Below are positions 1-9,448 of a stretch of DNA of 25,615 nucleotides, one piece after another. Source of the DNA: Octopus sinensis (taxonomy: Eukaryota); the NCBI RefSeq assembly GCF_006345805.1, contig NW_021836041.1:1-25615 (forward strand). The letters are read 5' to 3'. Numbering within the stretch: the first letter of the stretch is position 1; each line of letters begins with the position of its first letter. The notes beneath the pieces are model-generated. The model did no database searches. It saw nothing but the letters and a program-made list of their open reading frames with translations, and had not been told where the DNA came from. Position numbers and translations under genes: made by a program.

Positions 1-510
1 CCATCTACTCCAGCCCCACCCTGCCAAAGTATCTATAAAAGAGAATCACTGGCACCAAATATCAAGGTCAAGCCGGAGTAATGGCTAAGAAGAGAGACAA
101 ATTAGTGCAGTTCTGGGTCAGAATGTGATAAGACACAAAAATAAACAACAAGAATATTGCTATGGATGGAAAGGAGGAATGAGAGAGAATGAATTGTGCG
201 GAAGACTTTTGATTTGTACAAAAGACATTGATGAAACTTCAAAAGAAAAAAAAAAAAAGGAAGATTGGTCTTTGACAGGTATTGATGGTTTTTGAAAATT
301 AATAATGGAAGTAGTTAAGCTCTACTTAGTGTCTTGTAATATAAGGAATGGTTTCTTAATCCTCAATCTTCAATGAACTGGAGAGCACTAAGATGACCTT
401 TCTTCTTTTTCAAGCTGTAAACTATGAATGTGGTAAAGAACCACAGATCGCCAGCCAATTGTTTAACACCTCATATATATATATATATATATAATATATA
501 TATATATATA

Positions 511-919
511 TACTCTTTACTCTTTTACTCTTTTTACTTGTTTCAGTCATTTGACTGCGGCATGCTGGAGCACCGCCTTTAGTCGAGCAAATCGACCCCG
601 GGACTTATTCTTTGTAAGCCAGTACTTATTCTATCAGTCTCTTTTGCCGAACCGCTAAGTGACGGGGACATAACACACCAGCATCGGTTGTCAAGCAATG
701 CTAGGGGGACAAACACAGACACACAACACCACACATACATATATATATATAATATATACGACAGGCTTCTTTCAGTTTCCGTCTACCAAATCCACTCACA
801 AGGCATTGGTCGGCCCAGGGTTATAGCAGAAGACACTTGCCCAAGATGCCACACAGTGGGACTGAACCTGGAACCATGTGGTTGGTTAGCAAGCTACTTA
901 CCACACAGCCACTCCTGCG

Positions 920-922
<3 letters not shown>
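511..922 (-). mobile_element. tRNA-derived SINE family A, full-length copy
   Basis: The reverse complement has a GGCGCAGGAGTGGCTGTGTGG head, a B-box-like GGTTCAGTCCC, a CORE-like CTTGGGCAAGT, an internal (TA)/(TG) tract and a (TAAAAGAG)n tail. About 14 related copies lie in the window. Flanked on both sides by (TA)n. Confidence 0.9.
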
Positions 923-956
<34 letters not shown>

Positions 957-1030
957 AACTATAATATGTCAGGAGGTATGAGAGGTCAATCTAGTTGTCA
1001 TCCTAAGGATTACAGCTGCTTCACAGCCTT

Positions 1031-1339
1031 CTTCATCATCATCGTTGTCATCGTCTAATGTCCGCTTTCCATGCTGGCATGGGTTGGATGGTTTGAGTGA
1101 GGACTGGTGAGCCAGATGCTGCACCAGGCTCAGTCTGATCTGGCAAAGTTTTTACAGTATTTTACATGAAAAAAGCACTTAGTATGCTCTGTAAAGTGGT
1201 TGGGCATTAGGAAGGACATCCAGGCTTGGAAACCATGCCAAAGCAGACCTTGTTGCTTGACACAGACCTCTGACCTCTCAGATCCTATCAAACTGTGCAA
1301 CCCATTCCAGCATAGAACACATATGCTAAATAGTGATAA

Positions 1340-1340
<1 letters not shown>
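1031..1340. mobile_element. Two family C retroposon fragments in inverted orientation (1031-1156 minus, ~1171-1340 plus)
   Basis: Share AGGAAGGxCATCCAG, CAGACTG-GCCTGGTGCAGC, CCAACCCATGCCAGCATGGAAA and (GAT)n tail motifs with 20718-20915 and 21883-22100. Confidence 0.75.
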
Positions 1341-1370
<30 letters not shown>

Positions 1371-1424
1371 CCACATGCATGTGTGCATATGTGTGTGTAT
1401 CTATATATGATAAGATTCTTATCT

Positions 1425-1565
1425 GTCTTTGTCACTGCAAACTACTCACAAGGCTTTGGTCTACTTGAGGCTATAGCAGAAGAAATTTGTCCGTGGTACC
1501 ATAGAATGAGACTGAACCTGGAATATTGGTTTGGAATTGAACTTCCTAACCACATAGCCATGCAG
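1425..1565 (-). mobile_element. SINE family A, degenerate 5' half
   Basis: CACAAGGCTTTGGTC..GCTATAG..AGAAGA..GAACCTGGAA..ACCACATAGCCA matches the minus-strand family A pattern. Confidence 0.7.
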
Positions 1566-1629
1566 GAATCAAGATGAAGGAATAAATTTTTTACAATTTA
1601 GCAATAATCGACTAAAAACCATTAACTCT

Positions 1630-1745
1630 TTTGTTAACCATATTCCTCTTGAAATGCACTGATCTCAATCAATTTTTAAGATAATGAAGAATTTATTATG
1701 CTAGTGTTTGGAACATGAAATTTTGATGGTAGATTATAATTCAGA
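1630..1745. repeat. AT-rich dispersed repeat, reverse-complement relative of 6878-7245
   Basis: AAGATAATGAAGAATT..GCTAGTGT..AATTTTGATGG matches the reverse complement of the 6878-7040 unit. Confidence 0.55.
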
Positions 1746-1839
1746 TCACTTAATGTTTTTATTTCCGTATTTCTGTTGAAATCCATTTGTTTCATTCAAT
1801 TTTGAAAATAACAATTTTCCTAAATAGTTTTGTTATTAA

Positions 1840-2019
1840 GGCGCAGGAGTGGCTGTGTGGTAAGTAGCTTGCTTGCGAACCACATAGTTCCAGGTTCAGT
1901 CCCACTGCATGGCACCTTGGGCAAGTGTCTTCTACTATAGCCTCTGGGCGACTAAAAGCTTTCTGAGTGGATTTGGTAGACGGAAACTGAAAGAAGCCCG
2001 TCGTATATATATCTATATC

Positions 2020-2076
<57 letters not shown>

Positions 2077-2175
2077 TATATATGTATGTTTGTGTGTGCA
2101 TAAGTTTGTGTGTCTGTGTTTGTTCCCCCAACATCGCTTGACAACCGATGCTGGTGTGTTTGCATCCCCGTAACT
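1840..2175 (+). mobile_element. SINE family A, 3'-truncated
   Basis: Intact head GGCGCAGGAGTGGCTGTGTGGTAAGTAGC and an expanded internal (TA)n; homology stops after CATCCCCGTAAC. Confidence 0.88.
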
Positions 2176-2471
2176 AGTGGAGAGATGAGTCGTAGCTATC
2201 TCTAGTGTCCATCAATGATGAGATCAAGGAAGGTTGAAATCACATGATCTGGTGGTCTCAGTGCTGGAGATGGTCGGAATTTATCTTCCTGCTAGCAATA
2301 TAAACAAGAGTGCATTTTGCACCAAAAAGCCAATATGAGAGTTTCTCTCATGATATCTACCACAGTATAGTTTATTCTAACAGAACATCCATGTTTAAGT
2401 GGGGATAAATATTACCTTGCAGTATTAAGTCTGCCTTTGTCGCTAATAAATATTTTCTAAGAATCTATGTC

Positions 2472-2626
2472 TGTGGTATGTAGCTTGCTAACTAACCACA
2501 TGGTTCCGGGTTCAGTTCCACTGCGTGGCATCTTGGGCAAGTGTCTTCTGCTATAGCCCCAGGCCGACCAATGCCTTGTGAGTGGATTTGGTAGACGGAA
2601 ACTGAGAGAAGCCTGTCATATATATG

Positions 2627-2657
<31 letters not shown>

Positions 2658-2884
2658 GTTTGTGTGTCTGTGTTTGTCCCCCTAGGATTGCTTGACAACC
2701 GATGCTGGTGTGTTTACGTCACTGTCACTTAGCGGTTCGGCAAAAGAGACCGATAGAATAAGTACTGGGCTTACAGAGAATAAGTCCCGGGGTCAATTTG
2801 CTCGACTAAAGGCGATGCTCCAGCATGGCCGCAGTCAAATGACTGAAACAAGTAAAAGAATAAAAGAATAAAGAATAAAAGAAT
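2472..2884 (+). mobile_element. SINE family A, near full-length
   Basis: Same body as the other copies; tail (TAAAAGAA)n. Confidence 0.9.
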
Positions 2885-3463
2885 ATGACAGAATGTCCAG
2901 CAGAAATTTGAAACCTGAACTCTTGGCTCACTTGCCAGTTTAGATCCACAACAGAAAGGATATGACATCAAATGAGAAAAAATAAATATTGTGCCATGCA
3001 CTGCACTTCAAAGAATTTCTTCAGATCTTATTTACAAGAGTTTACCTGGCATCATTCACATAAATGCACATCATTCATCAATCACTTTAGATATTTTGGC
3101 ACTATATAATTATATTTATTTCAGCTTATAAATTTTTGCAAAAAAATTTATTTAAATAAAATCCATTTTATGCAAAATCAGATTTTAGAATTATCTTATT
3201 TTCACATCTCGTACCCCTCAGTTTCAATATTTATTACCAATTCTGGCTGATTATTAACGATTATTTTGTTATCATTCACTTTCGTTCACTGAACTGGCTT
3301 TCTGTTCGTCTGCCATTTTATGTTCAAAGATCAAAAGATCACCAATATCCAACTGTCTCATTATATCTGCATGAACCAATGAGGAGCAAGCTGTGTATGT
3401 GGCAGCAAGACATATTAGAAATAGCAGTTGAAATCTCCTTTAAATTACATGTTTGAAAAGAAG

Positions 3464-3844
3464 AGGTGTGGCCATGAGATAAGAAGCTTGCTTCCCAAAT
3501 CCATGGTTCCGGGTTCAGTCCCACTGCATGGCATCTTGGGCAAGTGTCTTCTACTGTAGCCTTGGGAAGACCAAAGTCTTGTGAGAGGATTTGGTAGACC
3601 AAAACTGAAAGACGCTTGTTGTGTGTATAAATGTATATATCTATGTGTGTGTGTTTTTGTGTTTGTGTGTGTCCCCCACAACTGCTTGACAACCACTGTT
3701 GCTGTGTTTACACCCCTGCAGCTTAAAGGTTCAGCGAAAGAGGCCAATAAGATAAGTACTAGGCTATAAAAAAATAAAGTCTTGGGGTCGATTTGTCCAA
3801 CTAAAACCTTTCAGGATGGTGACACAGCATGACCACAGTCAAAT
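3464..3844 (+). mobile_element. SINE family A, diverged copy lacking the tail
   Basis: CATGGTTCCGGGTTCAGTCCCACTGCATGGCATCTTGGGCAAGTGTCTTC..GATAAGTACTAGGCT..CAGCATGACCACAGTCAAAT. Confidence 0.85.
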
Positions 3845-4027
3845 GTGTGTGTGTGTGTGTGCACAGTGTCCTCAACATCATTCTTTAACTTCATCCCTAT
3901 CATCCTTTACCATTCCCTTTTCCATGCTTGCATGAGCCACATGGAATTATTTGCTATGGCGGTTTTTTCACAACCCAAATACCCACTCTCTGCTACCAAC
4001 CCTCAATGCTTTCCAAGAAAGTTAATA

Positions 4028-4829
4028 CGAGGGTGAGTCAGAAAGTAATGCCATTTTGTTTAGGACAGGTATAATTACCAACACAGGAACATGTATCATA
4101 CATCAAAATGAAGTTGGTCCTCTGTGGATCACATCCCTACTTCTCACCATAGTCAGCATTTCTCTCTATAGCAATGTTCCACCTTCGAATGAGAGCATGT
4201 ATCCCTGCCCCGTAAAATTCTGTTGACTGTTCTTTGAGCCACTTCTTCACTACAGTTTTCACTTCCTCATCACTGGAATAATGTTTGCCTCTTAAACCCT
4301 CTTACATGGGGCCGAAGAGATGATAGTCCAGTGACAAGGAAGTGAAAACTTCCCTGCCCTGTAAAATTCTGTTGACTGCTCTTTGAGCCACTTCTTCACT
4401 ACAGTTCTCACTTCCTCATCTCTTCGGCCCCATGAAAGAGGGTTTGAAAGGCAAACATTATTCCAGTGATGAGGAAGTGAGTGAAGAAGTGGCTCAAAGA
4501 GCAGTCAACAGAGTTTTACGGGGCAGGGAAGTTTTCACTTCCTTATCACTGGCCTATCATCTCTTCGGCCCCATGTAAGAGGGTTTGAGAGGCAAACATT
4601 ATTCCAGTGAAGAAGTGGCTCAAAGAGCAGCCAACAGAATTTTACGGGGCAGGGATACATGCTCTCATTCGAAGGTGGAACATTGCTATTGAGAGAAACG
4701 GTGACTATGTTGAGAAGTAGGGATATGATCCACAGAGGACCAGCTTCATTTTGATGTATGATACATGTTCCTGTGTTGGTAATTATACCTGTCCTAAACA
4801 AAATGGCATTACTTTTTGACTCACCCTCA
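4028..4829. mobile_element. Mariner-derived non-autonomous foldback element (802 bp, TA TSD)
   Basis: TA at 4026-27 and 4830-31; ends CGAGGGTGAGTCA..AAAGTAATGCC and its inverse. Arms 4028-4420 and 4468-4829 are inverted copies. 4607-4720 reads VKKWLKEQPTEFYGAGIHALIRRWNIAIERNGDYVEK*, and HLFGPMKEGL-GKHYSSDEEV also occurs; both are C-terminal mariner transposase motifs. Confidence 0.92.
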
Positions 4830-4939
4830 TATTTTACCCACAACAGACATGTTTCCACAGAAAGCTGGTGACAAACAACTTTGCCTGTACGACAAGAGTA
4901 CATGCACATGTATACACACGTGACAGGGTTTTGTCTGAC

Positions 4940-5040
4940 AGGGGCTATAGTAGAAGACACTTGCTTGAGGTGTTGTGCAGGGGACCTGAACCTAAGATCA
5001 TGTAATTTCAAAGAAAACTTCTTAACCCACACAGCCACAC
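4940..5040 (-). mobile_element. SINE family A, 5' fragment
   Basis: GGGGCTATAGTAGAAGACACTTGC..GAACC..CACACAGCCAC. Confidence 0.7.
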
Positions 5041-5220
5041 CTACACCTAGACCTAGACACACACACACACACACGTGCGTATATCACTTCAGACCTCACG
5101 ACTGACATAAAGTGAATTTCCATCAGTAACCGTCATTGCTAAAACAAAATCCAATATCACTAGGCAGGTCCAACACCAACGCCAGTGCAAACACAGACAA
5201 TGCCTGACCAAACACCACTG

Positions 5221-5266
5221 CCAACACCACCCTCACCACCACCACCAATACCAACAACAACAACAA

Positions 5267-5362
<96 letters not shown>
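5221..5362. repeat. Compound trinucleotide microsatellite: CAC-rich, then (CAA)5(CAT)19(CAG)13
   Basis: Counted directly: CAA 5252-5266, CAT 5267-5323, CAG 5324-5362. Confidence 0.95.
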
Positions 5363-5364
<2 letters not shown>

Positions 5365-5474
5365 TTGGCCATCAACAAGTTATGAGTCGGATCCATTAAC
5401 AACCTATAACTTATATAATATAATCAGTCTTCATAGAAAGCTAAATAGTGCGGAAGAAGAAATAAAAGCGGAAT

Positions 5475-5590
5475 GAGAGACAGAGAGAGGGAGAGGGAGG
5501 GAGGGAGGGAGGGAGAGAAAGGAGAGAGCTAAAGAAGGAGAGAGAGAGAGAGGTGGGAGGGGGAGAGGGAGAGAGAAAGGGTGAGAGGTG
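5475..5590 (+). repeat. Polypurine (GA/GGGA)n tract
   Basis: Almost pure A/G; six GGG runs between 5489 and 5513. Confidence 0.9.
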
Positions 5591-5889
5591 AATGGAAAAA
5601 TTGAAGAGTGTATGTGATGGGCAGACAACTGAGGGCAGAGGCTAGGTAAACCTATTGAAAAGAAATCTCTCACCGTTTCAATGTAAAGTGTGAATTCTAT
5701 GTTGTTGTTGTTGTTGTTGCTCCAACAATCGGCCACTGTCGTCGCCCTCCTCCTCCTACTCCCACCTACCCTTCTAGTTTTTCAATATTTATTTCATTTA
5801 TTTATTTATTTATTTGTTTATTCATTCGCTAGTTTAGAAAAAGTCGGTGTGAATAGGTGAGTTGGGGGGGGTTGATTTATTGGTGGCTA

Positions 5890-6455
5890 CGCACACACAC
5901 ACACTATGTTGAGCATACACACACAAATACATGCACACACACACACAGAGGGTCAAATACACATAATCACACATGCATTTATACACACACATATTGTATA
6001 TATATATATGTAAACGTGTGTGTATATGTATGTGCATATATATACACACACACACATATATATATATACAAAAAGACACATATACACACACACATATACA
6101 TACAAACACACATGCACATATACACACACATATTCATACAAACACACATACACATATACACACACACATACACATATATATAAACACATACATATATATA
6201 TATATATACATACACACACATTGTATGTATATGTGTGTGTATGTATATATGTATATATATATACACACACACATATACACATATATAGACACACATACAC
6301 ACACACATATATGTATATACATACACACACGTCCTCATTCATACACTCATACAAAAATACTGGTAAATATTTACACACACACACTATACAATCACCTATC
6401 TGTCTGTCTTTCTTTCTGTATATCGCACACACAAACACACACACACACACACATT
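5890..6455. repeat. Long mixed (CA)/(TA) dinucleotide array
   Basis: About 565 bp of alternating purine-pyrimidine sequence; source of the H/T/Y/I and C/V/Y ORFs. Confidence 0.95.
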
Positions 6456-6877
6456 ATAAAGCGTATTTTAGAATTGGTCAAAGAAAAGAGAAAGACCACG
6501 GAGGTGGACGTTGAGGGGGGTGTAGTATATTAAAAATCAACTAAAGAATTTCGATGTTTGGACATTTTGCTTCAAGTCTCAATAAATTCTAAAGAATTAT
6601 TCTAAAAGAGACTTTTCACCATTATTTCCATAGACTGTATTGTGCCTAGGAAGTGGAAACTATTGCCATTTCCATAGACCCTTATTGTCTTCAGAGTCGC
6701 TGAGTCCCAGACTCACTTTGATCAGACGTAATTCTGGCTCTAAACATCCTGTCTTTTTATTAAAATATTCAACAGCTTTTTCTGGTGTATCTGTCTTTTA
6801 TTTATGACAAAGGGGTGTGATATAATCCTTTCTATACCATAACCTGCCTGAAACTGTTCCCTTGGTTCTATGATACA

Positions 6878-7245
6878 AAATCTCTATTTCAAAATTATCT
6901 AAATTAAAACCCTTCCATCAAAATTAGATGTAATTTAAATTTCAGACACTAGCTTAATAATCATAATAGCTGTTTTACCGAATTCTTCATTATCTTCAAA
7001 ACTGGAACAAAGGCAGTATATTTTAACATAAATATGGGTTCCTAACAAAACAACGCACACCAGATAATCCCAAGTTATATAATGCAAATTCCCCGTTTTA
7101 AAATTATCTACATTCAAGCCTTATCAAAATTTCACATTAATTTAAATTCCAAATACCAGCTTAAACTGACAGTTAATTTACTAAATTTTTCATTATTTTC
7201 CTAAATTAATTGCAACAAAGTCAGTGTATTTTAACATAAATTTGG
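6878..7245. repeat. Diverged direct duplication, period ~209 bp
   Basis: AAAATTATCTA at 6891 and 7100; TTTTAACATAAAT at 7021 and 7229; intervening motifs are collinear. Confidence 0.8.
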
Positions 7246-7316
7246 TAACAAAAAGATTAGAGATTTGGCTGCTATTTCTAACATGATAAATGACCATACA
7301 GTAGCTCTGCCTCCTT

Positions 7317-7655
7317 GGCTCAATAAGGCCTCTTCAATGACCCAATAAGGCCCTTTAGTAACTCAATAAGGCTCTTTTAAAGGCTCACTAAGGCCTCTTC
7401 AATGGCCAAATAAGGCCCTTTAGTAACTCAATAAGGCTCTTTTAAAGGCTCACTAAGGCCTCTTCAATGGCCAAATAAGGCCCTTTAGTAACTCAATAAG
7501 GCTCTTTTAAAGGCTCAATAAGGCCTCTTCAATGACCCAATAAGACCCTTTAGTAACTCAAAAAGGCTCTTTTAAATGCTCAATAAGGCCTCTTCAATGG
7601 CCAAATAAGGCCCTTTTAATAGCTCAATAAGGCCCTTTTAATGGCTCAATAAGGC
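7317..7655. repeat. Minisatellite: 21-22 bp monomers in a 65-bp three-monomer higher-order repeat
   Basis: Unit starts at 7317, 7382, 7447, 7512 and 7577 (exact 65-bp spacing); monomer core C(A/T)xAATAAGGC. Confidence 0.95.
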
Positions 7656-8190
7656 ACCCCACCCCCTGTCACTATTGATTCGGTAAGGTTTCCTCAATGA
7701 CTTAATGAATATTGGTGATAAGGAGAAGGCGCTAGTAGACACAGCTGCCAAAGATCCGTTAAATCAAAATGAAGTGTCTCAGAAAAATAAAGAATATATC
7801 ATTTAATGTGTTTCTTGATGTTATGTGTCTTGAAATTCAATGGAACGATCACAGTTGGATTGGCTGTGATCATAGATCTACTCAACTGCAGCCGACCTAA
7901 GGCTGGAAAACAACCTTTTGCTTTTCTATCTAGTCAGGTATAGCTTAGCTGTCACTCATAAATGCAAATGACCTAGTTGCTTGTGTCATCCTTACACTGA
8001 GTGTTTTAGGTACCTCTGTTGCCAAGGTAGACATACACACCCTGTTAGCTCTCTCTCACCTTTGACCCACCAGAATATAGAAGATGTCACTACAGGAGAG
8101 AGGGAGGGAGGGAAGGAGGGAGAGAGTTGTATCAGCACTGAAGTTATTTGTGACATTCTGTTGATTGAAAATATAGATAGTACACATAGA

Positions 8191-8553
8191 GGTGTGGCTG
8201 AGTGGGAAGTTTGTTTCCCAACCATATGGTTCCAGGTTCAATCCCACTGCATGGCTCACCTTGGGCAAGAGTTTTCTATTATAGTCAACCAAAGCTTTGT
8301 GAGTGAATTTAGGGGGCAATGAGCCTCAGGTAGGCTATGACCTAGACCTTTGACATTATGTCATGCTTGAGAAGAAGACCCATCAAGCACTCACTACACT
8401 CTCGGAGTGGTCGGCATTAGGAAGGGCATCCAGCCATAGAATACCATGCCAAATCAGACTGGAGTCTGGTACAGCCTTCCAGCATGCTAGTCATGGTCAA
8501 ACTGTCCAAACAATTTGGTAGATGGAAACTGAAAAAAGCTCGCCGTATATATG

Positions 8554-8596
<43 letters not shown>

Positions 8597-8804
8597 ATAT
8601 GTTTGTCCCCACCCCCAACATCACTTCGCAACTGATGCTGGTGTGTTTACGTCCCTGTAACTTAGCAGTTCAGCAAAAGAGACCGATAGAATAAGTACTA
8701 GGCTTACAAAGAATAAGTCCTGGGGTCGATTTGATTGACTAAAGGTGGAGCTCCAGCATGGCCACAGTCAAATGACTGAAACAAGTAAAAGAGTAAAACA
8801 GAGT
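8191..8804 (+). mobile_element. SINE family A copy interrupted by a ~200-bp insert (8313-8511) containing family C sequence
   Basis: 5' half 8191-8312, 3' half 8512-8804 with tail; AATTT(A/G)G is present at both junctions. Confidence 0.8.
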
Positions 8805-9302
8805 TAACTCTTACCCCGAAATTGCTGGCACTGTGCCAAAATTTGAAACCATTATCATTACTATCGTTGTTGTTGTTGTTGTTATTCTACCAAGGTCAGT
8901 TTTATCTTTCTTCTCCCTAAGCTTGATAAAATAAAACACTAATCAAATACCGGAATGAGTTTCGTTGACTAAACACCCTTCCAGAAATTTCAGCCCTTTT
9001 ACCTAATATCTCTTCCTTGAGTGGCCCTGGTTGAAGGTTTCCTTGCATCAGAAGAACCCCTTTATTCTTGTAATCACATATTTTGTATTCTATGTTTACT
9101 TCTCAGAATTTCTTCCCGCTTTTTTCCTCACTTACCATTTTCTAAATCACCCCCCAGACATACACACACAAATCGGAATTTATCCTTGTAATGTTCCCCT
9201 CCCAACTCATCAGGTTCCTCTGTTGCAAATCGGAGAAAATAAAACTGTTGCTGTTATTTATCCATATTTATTATTTATTATTTTATTTATTTGTTCTTGC
9301 AG

Positions 9303-9448
9303 TGAAAATCAAAACAATTGGTAAATTCTACATAGCCAATGGTGGTTTAGCAAATCCTTACAAGATCGACCATTTGCATCTGCACTGGGGCGTCAAAAAC
9401 AACAATGGAACTGAACACTACATTAATTCGCAATCGTTTACAATGGAG
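9303..9448 (+). CDS. Carbonic anhydrase exon (first visible): (V)KIKTIGKFYIANGGLANPYKIDHLHLHWGVKNNNGTEHYINSQSFTME
   Basis: Acceptor ttgttcttgcAG (9301-02) and donor GTtagt (9449). Encodes the His94/His96 equivalents (9377-79, 9383-85), Glu106, His107 and Glu117 (human CA II numbering). Confidence 0.96.

Noticed and set aside
405-470. Acceptor-like TTTCAAG followed by VNYECGKEPQ, a possible C-G..Q CA exon
   Set aside because: No QSP, runs into (TA)n and a SINE, and has no donor.
688-1058. Recurrent similar ORFs (e.g. ..QIHSQG.GRP..EDTCP.., FQSFDCGHAGA..) suggesting a gene family
   Set aside because: All are frames of SINE family A copies.
1840-1915. tRNA-like A/B boxes (also in the family B and D heads)
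   Set aside because: No complete cloverleaf; each continues into a SINE body.
4535-5074. 179-aa minus-strand ORF as a transposase
   Set aside because: It is the antisense read of the mariner foldback arm plus a SINE fragment. The true transposase remnant is under 40 codons, with no catalytic DD34D core.
5699-5862. 53-codon hydrophobic ORF (MLLLLLLLQQSATVVALLL...) ending at a perfect GTGAGT donor; a tempting signal-peptide exon for the CA
   Set aside because: The hydrophobicity comes from (TTG)n, (CTC)n and (TTTA)n microsatellites, it is too long for a signal peptide, and no compatible QSP exon follows. Not fully excluded without transcripts.
6389-6400. QSPI peptide resembling the conserved N-terminal CA motif
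   Set aside because: Embedded in the CA/TA array, with no preceding Cys-x-Gly, no following NNGH and no exon boundaries.
5834-6533. Long ORFs rich in H/T/Y/I or C/V/Y/M (also 16453-17087, 19931-20349, 24147-24439, 25260-25529)
   Set aside because: They are translations of (CA)/(TA)/(TG) arrays, open in several frames on both strands, with no domain or splice support.
7317-7655. Regularly spaced repeats as a CRISPR array
   Set aside because: No unique spacers, no cas genes, and a eukaryotic intronic context.
7685-7805. Short open frame FLNDLMNIGDKEKALVDTAAKDPLNQNEVSQKNKEYII
   Set aside because: Looks protein-like, but I recognise no homology, and it has no convincing splice sites.
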